This document shows, piece after piece, positions 17,985 through 25,226 of a DNA stretch of 64,000 nt. The notes below the pieces were generated by a model. The model made no database searches, was not told the DNA's origin, and saw only the letters and a program-made list of their open reading frames with translations. A program made the translations under genes and the position numbers. The stretch spans positions 1,403 to 65,402 of the forward strand of contig DBFOLV010000053.1 of the NCBI GenBank assembly GCA_048430825.1, read 5' to 3'. The first letter of the stretch is position 1. Each line of letters opens with the position of its first letter. This DNA comes from Collinsella sp. (GTDB lineage: Bacteria; Actinomycetota; Coriobacteriia; Coriobacteriales; Coriobacteriaceae).

Positions 17985-18564
17985 CGCAGGACTCCTCAGA
18001 GGTCTCGGCGGGCGTATAGGTGTAATACTGAGCCGGCTTGGATACAGACTTCTGACCATCATCGTCGCCCGCGGCAGCCTCGTCCTCGCCAATTAGGACG
18101 CGCTCGGTAGGCAGCTCGGCCTCCGCAGCGGCAGCGGCGAGCTTGCGATCGGCGTCGGCTGCAGGAGCCTTCACCTTATTGAAGAGCTTCTGCACAGCAC
18201 CGGCGGCAGAGTCGGTCACGCTAGACACAGCATTGCTGGCCTCGGCCATGCTGCCCGTAACCTCAGAAATGTCGCGAACCACGGCTTCGACCTCTACGAG
18301 ATTGGAGGTAAGGGCATCAACTGCCGTCTTGCTCGACTTAAGCAGCGGCTCCATCTGGGCAAGCGCCGGCGTAAGCTCATCGACAGCGCCATCGAGCTTT
18401 GCCACCACAGGCTGAGCCTCGGCGATGGTGTTGTTGAGGTCGTTCACGGTCTTATCGAGCGAGTCGACAACATTGCGGGTCTTGCGCAGGGTAAGCGCGA
18501 GCTCAGCGATGGCCCACACGCCGGCAACGGCGAGCAGCAGCAGGGCGATTTGAATGGGACTCAT
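17977..18564 (-). CDS. Membrane-anchored coiled-coil protein, DUF948-like
   Basis: N-terminal TM helix, heptad-rich helical region and acidic tail; its stop overlaps the anti-sigma start. Confidence 0.7.
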   Translation of the reverse strand: MSPIQIALLLLAVAGVWAIAELALTLRKTRNVVDSLDKTVNDLNNTIAEAQPVVAKLDGAVDELTPALAQMEPLLKSSKTAVDALTSNLVEVEAVVRDISEVTGSMAEASNAVSSVTDSAAGAVQKLFNKVKAPAADADRKLAAAAAEAELPTERVLIGEDEAAAGDDDGQKSVSKPAQYYTYTPAETSEESCDE

Positions 18565-18664
18565 ACAAGCCTCCCGGAAAAATCGAAATACAGACGCTTT
18601 TCATGGTACCCCAAAGGGGACCGAACATGCCAAGAGTAGCAACGTGGGACAAAATTATCAGCAG

Positions 18665-20014
18665 CTACTTCGGTGCATTCCCGCTGCGGTCGCGCTCGCT
18701 TTGCTCTACGCGCCACTCTTCCCAGCCGCGCCCGGCAGGCTGCCAGAACGCACCGCGCTCCAGCCCCTCGGGCAAATAGCGCTGATCGACCCAGCCTTCG
18801 GGATAATCGTGCGGGTATTTATACACACCGTAGTCGTCGCTGCCTGGGCGATGGCGATCGCGCAGATAACTCGGCACCTCGCGAAGCCCACTAGAATGGA
18901 TATCGGCCAGCGCCGCATCAATCGAAGCCTCACACGCGTTGGATTTAGGGGCCAAACACACATAGAGTGCAGCCTGAGCCAGGTTAATGCGGCACTCGGG
19001 ATAGCCAATGACCTCGGCAGACTTAAACGCGGCATGCGCCACCAAAAGCGCCTGCGGGTCGGCGTTGCCAACATCCTCAGAAGCCTGAATCATAATACGG
19101 CGAGCGATAAACTTGGGATCCTCCCCCGCATCAATCATGCGCGCGAGCCAATAGATTGTGGCATCGGGGTCGCTACCGCGCATGGACTTAATAAACGCAC
19201 TGATGATGTCGTAGTGCATGTCGCCGTTTTTGTCATACGAAAATCCACGACGCGGGTTGGCGATCTTCACGTCATCCACGGTGATGGGATAGCACTCCCC
19301 CGCCACGGGCGCTGGCGTTCCCTCGGTATCGGGACGCGTGACGGCAATCTCGCTCGCAAGTTCGAGCGTCGTGAGCGCCGAGCGAGCGTCACCCGCTGCC
19401 AGCGTGCAGATGGTCTTAACCGTATCCTCATCGGCCGAGAACTTGCCGTTCAAACCCTGCGGCGCCTCGAGCGCACGCTCGATAAGCGTGGCGATATCCT
19501 CGTCTTTAAGATGCTCAAGCTCCACCACGCGACCGCGCGAGAGCAATGCCGAGTTGACCTCGAAGTACGGATTCTCCGTCGTGGCGCCAATCATAATGAC
19601 GGTACGGTTCTCAACCGCATGCAGCAAGGCATCCTGCTGAGACTTGGAGAAGCGGTGAATCTCGTCGATAAACAGGATGGTGCGGCGGTCGTAGGTATTC
19701 AGGCGCGTCTTGGCCTCGTCAATCACGCGGCGAAGATCCTTCACGGTACCCGTCACGGCGCTGACCTCGACAAACTCGCTCTTGGTATGGTTGGCGATAA
19801 TGTGGGCCAGCGTCGTCTTACCCGTACCGGCCGGCCCGTACAGAATCACGCTCGAAAGCACGTCGTGCTCGATCGCGGCACGCAACCATGAGCCCTTACC
19901 GACGGCCTTTTGCTGGCCCACGTACTCGTCGAGCGAATTGGGTCGCATGCGCACCGCGAGCGGCGCATTTTTAAAGGAACGCTCGCGCGTCGAGGCAGAA
20001 AAAAGGTCGTCCAT
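18665..20014 (-). CDS. rarA: Replication-associated recombination protein A (MgsA)
   Basis: APLAVRMRP, GPAGTGKTT, FIDEIHRF, SAFIKSMRGSDPDA, SEDVGNADP. Confidence 0.96.
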   Translation of the reverse strand: MDDLFSASTRERSFKNAPLAVRMRPNSLDEYVGQQKAVGKGSWLRAAIEHDVLSSVILYGPAGTGKTTLAHIIANHTKSEFVEVSAVTGTVKDLRRVIDEAKTRLNTYDRRTILFIDEIHRFSKSQQDALLHAVENRTVIMIGATTENPYFEVNSALLSRGRVVELEHLKDEDIATLIERALEAPQGLNGKFSADEDTVKTICTLAAGDARSALTTLELASEIAVTRPDTEGTPAPVAGECYPITVDDVKIANPRRGFSYDKNGDMHYDIISAFIKSMRGSDPDATIYWLARMIDAGEDPKFIARRIMIQASEDVGNADPQALLVAHAAFKSAEVIGYPECRINLAQAALYVCLAPKSNACEASIDAALADIHSSGLREVPSYLRDRHRPGSDDYGVYKYPHDYPEGWVDQRYLPEGLERGAFWQPAGRGWEEWRVEQSERDRSGNAPK

Positions 20015-20075
20015 AGCCATCCCGTGCATCAATCAAAAACGTTTTCAACTAACCAGTATACCGAAAGGATACGAA

Positions 20076-21323
20076 CTACCGTTCGTTAATATAGGTACGA
20101 TGCGGAAACTTTAGACCCGGGAACAGCTTGCTCGTCAGTTCGCAGAAATAACCGTCCGTCATGCTCGCGATATAATCCACCACGGCTTGATCCTTGTCGT
20201 CCTGCCAGGCATAGGTGCGATCGTAGTAGGAAAGTTGCTGCTCAATGCGCGAAATATGGTGCTTAAAGATGTAAGAGGACTCGTCACCACTATTTAGATC
20301 CCGCAGGCAACGGTCGTAGAGCTTTTCGAAGGCCTCGCGCAGCTCCACCTCGGAATCGCCTTCGATACCGCCCTTGCTATAGATCTTCTCGTAGTTCTCG
20401 CGCTTGGCTCGGCGGATTTCCCCAAACAGGTCCTCGCTCATCTCGATGCGCGGCTTACCATAGCTGTGCTCAACGATATCGATGGAAGCGTGCGTAAGGA
20501 TCCAACTGTTGTAGGCACCGCCCCGGCCATCATCAAAAACGTCGGGCGAAAGCAGGCCCGCCGCGATCGCATCCTGACGGTCACGACCGACGTAGGCAAG
20601 AATATCCGAGATGCGAACGACGCAGCCCTCGAGCGTCATGGGACGCAGATGCCCAATTGCGCTATAGCCCGTGGCAATGCAATCCTCAACCGTCTGGTCA
20701 AACTGGTCAAAGGAGCTCATGTCCGAGAGCTCAAACACACGCTGCTCGTACTCGCCGTTATGGCATAGCACGCCGTCGAGCGTCTGGAGCGACACGTTGC
20801 GGCCGTACAGTGTGTCGAGCACGCGGACCGACTGCACGTTATGGAAAAAATAACGCCCCGTACGCTCATGATAGATATCGTTGAGGAAACGCTCGCCGGC
20901 ATGGCCGAAAGGCGTGTGTCCCAAGTCGTGACCCAGGCCAATCGCCTCGATCAGATCGCAATTGAGCCCCAGGGCGCGACCGATATCGCGCGCAATGCGG
21001 GAGACGAACTGCACGTGCAAACCGCGGCGTGACAGATCGTCATTGCTACGGAAGCTAAAGACCTGCGTTTTGCCTGCATAACGGGTGTACGCCGGAAGAT
21101 GAAGTATCTTTTCGGTATCGCGCATAAACGCCGGACGCATAAGCGTGCCTTTGTCGGCGGCGCGATCAATACGACGAATGACCTGATCGTCGTTGCAACG
21201 ATACGGGTTGACATAGCCCGAAGCACGATCGGCGGCAATGCGCTCGACAAGTTCGGGCGACAACGCCGAGGGAATACGGTCCATGCGCGCCTTAATGACG
21301 GCCGTTTCTTGATTAGTTGCCAT
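20076..21323 (-). CDS. HD-domain dNTP triphosphohydrolase (dGTPase-like)
   Basis: KTQVF, GHDLGHTPFGHAGE, HNVQSVR, DILAY, VVDYIASMTD. Confidence 0.88.
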   Translation of the reverse strand: MATNQETAVIKARMDRIPSALSPELVERIAADRASGYVNPYRCNDDQVIRRIDRAADKGTLMRPAFMRDTEKILHLPAYTRYAGKTQVFSFRSNDDLSRRGLHVQFVSRIARDIGRALGLNCDLIEAIGLGHDLGHTPFGHAGERFLNDIYHERTGRYFFHNVQSVRVLDTLYGRNVSLQTLDGVLCHNGEYEQRVFELSDMSSFDQFDQTVEDCIATGYSAIGHLRPMTLEGCVVRISDILAYVGRDRQDAIAAGLLSPDVFDDGRGGAYNSWILTHASIDIVEHSYGKPRIEMSEDLFGEIRRAKRENYEKIYSKGGIEGDSEVELREAFEKLYDRCLRDLNSGDESSYIFKHHISRIEQQLSYYDRTYAWQDDKDQAVVDYIASMTDGYFCELTSKLFPGLKFPHRTYINER

Positions 21324-21354
21324 GGCATGCTCCTTAAGAAGGATGCGCAATCGG

Positions 21355-21777
21355 TTACAAAGTGCAGCCCACGACCTCGATTATGGCAAAAATCGGCACC
21401 AAAAACGGGAGCAATGGCAGGGAGCGTGGTTTTGTGAAGAGGCAGGATAGGGCCAGGGCCAGGAGTGCGACGGCAAATGCCACGATGCCACCCATAGGGT
21501 CGAGCGTGCAAAGCGCGAAGAGCGCCTTGGCATCCCCCATGCCGATGCCCGGGGCGTGGCGAAGGCGCCGCCAGAGCGACTCAGTGAGCACAAGGGCAAG
21601 GTAGACGATGACCGCAAGACCGGCGTGGTCAAGCGCTGTGTTCAAACCGAGGTCGAGCCAAACGCCCGCCAACGCCGCCACGGCACATGCGCCGGCAAGC
21701 CCATTGGGAAACCGTCGCTCTCGGGCATCACTTGCCACGCCGGCAAAGATGCAAATCCAAAACGGGATATAGGCCAT
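21355..21777 (-). CDS. A24 prepilin peptidase (short TadV/CpaA-like)
   Basis: Hydrophobic 140 aa with both catalytic Asp motifs (DARERRFPN, GMGDAK); GAGGAGGAG SD. Confidence 0.85.
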   Translation of the reverse strand: MAYIPFWICIFAGVASDARERRFPNGLAGACAVAALAGVWLDLGLNTALDHAGLAVIVYLALVLTESLWRRLRHAPGIGMGDAKALFALCTLDPMGGIVAFAVALLALALSCLFTKPRSLPLLPFLVPIFAIIEVVGCTL

Positions 21778-21809
21778 CGGACTCCTCCTCGAGCTGCATC
21801 GCAAAAGCA

Positions 21810-21850
21810 AAAACCACCACAAAGGTGCCTGTCCCCTTTGCGGTGGTTTT
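21810..21850. repeat. Palindromic repeat, ACCACCAC family copy 1
   Basis: AAAACCACCACAAAGG-tgcctgtcc-CCTTTGCGGTGGTTTT (16-bp arms, 1 mismatch). Confidence 0.75.
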
Positions 21851-21858
21851 GGTGGTGG

Positions 21859-23154
21859 TTATTTGGCGCCTTGCATGACCTCGTCAAGGGTAACGTTGAC
21901 GGCGTGCTGCGTCGGCACCCAGTCGACCTTCAGGAACAGCGCGGCCACCGTGATGGGGATATAGCTGAACATAAAGATCGGGAAGGTAAACAGGTTAGTC
22001 ACCAGGCGCCACTTTTGCGCGCAGTGAATATGCTTGTACTCAAAGATAGTCGTGAGCAGCGCCAGGATAAAGAACGTCTGATACATCATGGCGAAGGTCA
22101 TAATGAGCGAAGCGGCGCACGCCTGCATCTCGACTTCGGTTGCCAAGAAACCATGCGAAAGGCCACCCACAATCAAGAACGTCGCATTAGCGAGCATCGA
22201 GATCAGCGATAGCAGCATACCCGGGGCGATCGTCATGAACATGTCGTAGGCGGCAAAGCGATGATAGCGGAACATCGACTTGACCAGATGCTTACCGTAG
22301 GTAAAGAACACCTGGTAAAAGCCCTTGGTCCAGCGCATACGCTGCTTCCAGGATGCCTTGAACGTCACGGGTTGCTCGTCAAAGAACTCCGCCGGCGCAT
22401 AGCCAATGCGAATACCGTGAATAGCGCAGAACGTAGTGAACTGAATGTCCTCGGTCAGCGTGTGGAACTGCCAACCGTGCATGCCCTCGATAACGCTTGA
22501 CGAGATAAGGTAACCCGAACCCGAAACAGCGCAGGACGTCTTACAGATATTGCGCGCGTTGTTGAGGAAGCGCGCCTCGCGTAGATACCACGTGGCATTA
22601 GCAGCCGAGATCCACGAGCTGCCGAAGTTCTTGGAATTGCGATAGCTCGTGACCACATGGAAGCCCTGGTCAAAGGCATCGTTCATCTTGGACACGTAAT
22701 CGCGGGAGATAACGTTGTCGGCATCGAAGATAAAGTAGCCCTCAAACGTGTCGGGATACTCGTTGAGAATGCGATCGAAACCAAAGTCCATGACCCAGCT
22801 CTTGCCCTTTCGGGCCAGGTCATTGCGCTCGTAAACAATGGCACCGGCCTCGCGTGCGAGCTGCGCGGTGTTATCGGTGCAGGCGTCGGCAACGACAAAG
22901 ACCTCGATAAGCTCGGACGGATAGTCCTGGTCCTTGATGGAGCGTACGAGATTGGCAATTACGGCTTCCTCGTTATGCGCCGCGATAAAAAAGGCATAGC
23001 GATGGAGTTTTTTGGCCTTGGGAGGCGCGACCTCGCCACGAAGAGCGCCAATGACAAAGAAGACCACCTGGTACAGAAAGCAGACCGTGAGCAGCGTGAC
23101 GACAATCTGGTTGAAGATCACGATGGGTGTGTTGGTTTGTAAAAAGGCGAGCAT
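21859..23154 (-). CDS. Processive GT2 glycosyltransferase (cellulose-synthase-like)
   Basis: AAHNEE, ADACTD, FDAD, LTED and QRMRW (D,D,D,QxxRW) with flanking TM helices. Confidence 0.9.
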   Translation of the reverse strand: MLAFLQTNTPIVIFNQIVVTLLTVCFLYQVVFFVIGALRGEVAPPKAKKLHRYAFFIAAHNEEAVIANLVRSIKDQDYPSELIEVFVVADACTDNTAQLAREAGAIVYERNDLARKGKSWVMDFGFDRILNEYPDTFEGYFIFDADNVISRDYVSKMNDAFDQGFHVVTSYRNSKNFGSSWISAANATWYLREARFLNNARNICKTSCAVSGSGYLISSSVIEGMHGWQFHTLTEDIQFTTFCAIHGIRIGYAPAEFFDEQPVTFKASWKQRMRWTKGFYQVFFTYGKHLVKSMFRYHRFAAYDMFMTIAPGMLLSLISMLANATFLIVGGLSHGFLATEVEMQACAASLIMTFAMMYQTFFILALLTTIFEYKHIHCAQKWRLVTNLFTFPIFMFSYIPITVAALFLKVDWVPTQHAVNVTLDEVMQGAK

Positions 23155-23236
23155 GCAGGCTCCCAGCAACGTGTAACGTAAACAATCGTATATCTTACCG
23201 CAGGCTTACCGAGTTCAAGAAACCACCTAATACTGG

Positions 23237-24250
23237 CTAGGCTTCGAGAAGACCGAGCTGCGGAACGATTTCATCTCCAACGGCCGTGCGACCGAGCGAG
23301 CGCGGAGCCAGATCGTCGAGAACCGCAGCGAGATCCCACGGCAACTCGTCACGGCACTCAATGCGCTTCCCCGTTACGGGATGATCGAACGCAATGCGCC
23401 AAGAATGCAGGAACTGCCTGGTCAGGCCCTGATCGGCACGCGCATCGCACTTGCCGTAGAGCGGATCGCCCACGCAGGCGTGGTTGATATGGCGCATATG
23501 CACGCGAATCTGATGTGTGCGGCCCGTAAACAGGTGGCACTCAACGAGCGTATAGCCGTCGTCAAAACGCGTGGAATCAAAGCGCTCGAGGACCTTAAAG
23601 GTCGTAATGGCCTGACGGGCAAAGGGGTCATCCGAAACCGCCATCTTCACGCGGTCGCGCGTGGAACGGGCAATACCGGTGTTGATAGTGCCCTCGTCCA
23701 TGGCGATGTGACCGTGAACGAGCGTGATATAGCGACGGTCGAGCGTGCGCGTGCGGATGAGATTCTGAAGCGCGCGCTGGGTGTCGTCGTCTTTTGCCGC
23801 GAGCATAAGGCCCGAGGTATCGCGATCCAGGCGATGCACGATGCCGGGGCGGTCCTCACCCTGCACAGTACCAAGATGATCGATGCCGCAGTGGTAGACC
23901 AGAGCGTTCGCAAGGGTGCCGCTCTCGTGGCCATGGGCGGGATGGCACACCAGGCCCCGCTGCTTGGAGAGCACGATAAGGTAGTCGTCCTCGTAGCGGA
24001 TATCGAGGGGAATGGCCTCGGGAATCACGTCGGTCGGGTCGTGCGGCTCGGGCAAGTCGACCGAGATGCGATCGCCGGCGCGTACGGCGTACTTTTTAGA
24101 GAGACAAGTCTCACCGTTGACGGCAACGGCGCCTCCCTCGATCAGATGCGCGCAGGCAGAGCGCGTGGGACAGCCATCGTTGGCGCCCAAATAGGCGTCA
24201 AGACGCTGACCAGCGGAATCGTCGGCAACAAGAATATGGATGTCAGCCAT
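23237..24250 (-). CDS. rluD: RluA/RluD family pseudouridine synthase
   Basis: S4 domain, RPGIVHRLDRDTSGL, TGRTHQIRVH, GDPLYG. Confidence 0.93.
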   Translation of the reverse strand: MADIHILVADDSAGQRLDAYLGANDGCPTRSACAHLIEGGAVAVNGETCLSKKYAVRAGDRISVDLPEPHDPTDVIPEAIPLDIRYEDDYLIVLSKQRGLVCHPAHGHESGTLANALVYHCGIDHLGTVQGEDRPGIVHRLDRDTSGLMLAAKDDDTQRALQNLIRTRTLDRRYITLVHGHIAMDEGTINTGIARSTRDRVKMAVSDDPFARQAITTFKVLERFDSTRFDDGYTLVECHLFTGRTHQIRVHMRHINHACVGDPLYGKCDARADQGLTRQFLHSWRIAFDHPVTGKRIECRDELPWDLAAVLDDLAPRSLGRTAVGDEIVPQLGLLEA

Positions 24251-24849
24251 TAACGCTCATTCCTTTCGCGAATCTTGCGGGCACGCTCCCCACGCTGCTT
24301 GGCTTTGCGCTTAGCGCGGGCCTCATCACGGGCATTGAGCTCGGCAGTCGCATCAACCTCGCGGGCCGCGGGACTCAAGAACATGTAGCCGAAGAGGGCG
24401 AGCACAACGCCCACGGTAATGCCGATATCGGCCACATTGAAGACGGGAAAGTCGATGAAGGTGGTGGCAATAAAATCGGTCACGAAGCCAAAGGTCAGAC
24501 GGTCGATCGCGTTGCCAATGGCGCCGCCCGCGACCATAGCCATGCCCACAACCTCCAAGCGAGCAAGCTGGGGCGCGCGAAGCAAGTACACGGCAATGGC
24601 GACAATGACCGCAAGCGCCAGCAAAGCAAACGCAACGCCATGCCCCTCGCCCATGCTAAAGGCAGCACCGATATTGCGGACAAACAGGAAGTCGATCACA
24701 CCGGGGATAACAGTCACATGCAAAGCGTCGCCCACGGCACGAACCGCAAGCTTGGTCAGCTGATCAAAAAGCAGCACAACCAGCACCACCCCACCAGCAA
24801 CACCTAACCGCCAGCGCAAAGGCGGCGTCATATCCCCAGCACGACCCAA
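24250..24849 (-). CDS. lspA: Signal peptidase II (start uncertain, 24831-24849)
   Basis: DQLTK, NIGAAFS, GAIGNAIDR, VTDFI, FPVFNVADIGI. Confidence 0.94.
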   Translation of the reverse strand: MGRAGDMTPPLRWRLGVAGGVVLVVLLFDQLTKLAVRAVGDALHVTVIPGVIDFLFVRNIGAAFSMGEGHGVAFALLALAVIVAIAVYLLRAPQLARLEVVGMAMVAGGAIGNAIDRLTFGFVTDFIATTFIDFPVFNVADIGITVGVVLALFGYMFLSPAAREVDATAELNARDEARAKRKAKQRGERARKIRERNER

Positions 24850-24961
24850 AGAAATCCCCTACCCTCAAGATCATCGAATTACGTTTAATACAAAGAACTA
24901 TCTTATATTGCCATACGCAGAACGCACGACATATCCACCAACGCAAGCGAAATAACCAGCT

Positions 24962-25000
24962 AAAAACGAAAGCGACATTCCGAATAACGGAATGTCGCTT
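24962..25000 (-). terminator. Intrinsic terminator downstream of ileS
   Basis: Perfect 13-bp stem AAGCGACATTCCG / CGGAATGTCGCTT followed by TCGTTTTT on the minus strand. Confidence 0.75.
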
Positions 25001-25084
25001 AATAGCTTTCGACTAAAAACGCAAGTCGAAAGAAAGCCTCTAGCTCCAGCAATGGAAACGCCGCGTTATCGTCACCAACAGCGA

Positions 25085-25182
25085 AAACGTCCCTAAGCGA
25101 GCAAGGTGACGTGAAAGAGGAGGGAAGCGTACTTTGGTACGCGACCGACGATTGAACGTCAGATTGCCGCTTAGGGGCGTTT
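25085..25182. repeat. Nested-stem MITE/REP-like element
   Basis: 15-bp arms AAACGTCCCTAAGCG / CGCTTAGGGGCGTTT enclosing GCAA/TTGC, TGACGT/ACGTCA and GCGTAC-tttg-GTACGC stems. Confidence 0.6.
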
Positions 25183-25191
25183 GCAGCGTCG

Positions 25192-25226
25192 GTAGGTTAC
25201 GGCGTTCTACGAACGCCGTAACCTAC
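25192..25226. repeat. Perfect 16-bp hairpin with GTAG...CTAC ends overlapping the ileS stop
   Basis: GTAGGTTACGGCGTTC-tac-GAACGCCGTAACCTAC. Confidence 0.8.

Noticed and set aside
18600..18635. GGGTAC upstream of the sigma operon as an autoregulatory SigB promoter
   Set aside because: No GTTT at proper spacing (GTTC is only 11 nt away), and it could equally be a TACCAT housekeeping -10. Too ambiguous to call.
20076..21323. dGTPase as an anti-phage defence gene
   Set aside because: It sits among housekeeping genes with no defence or mobile neighbours; a housekeeping HD dNTPase is the simpler reading.
24850..25226. CRISPR array or small CDS in the ileS-lspA spacer
   Set aside because: The hairpins differ from one another, there is no repeat-spacer periodicity, no cas gene and no convincing ORF with an SD.
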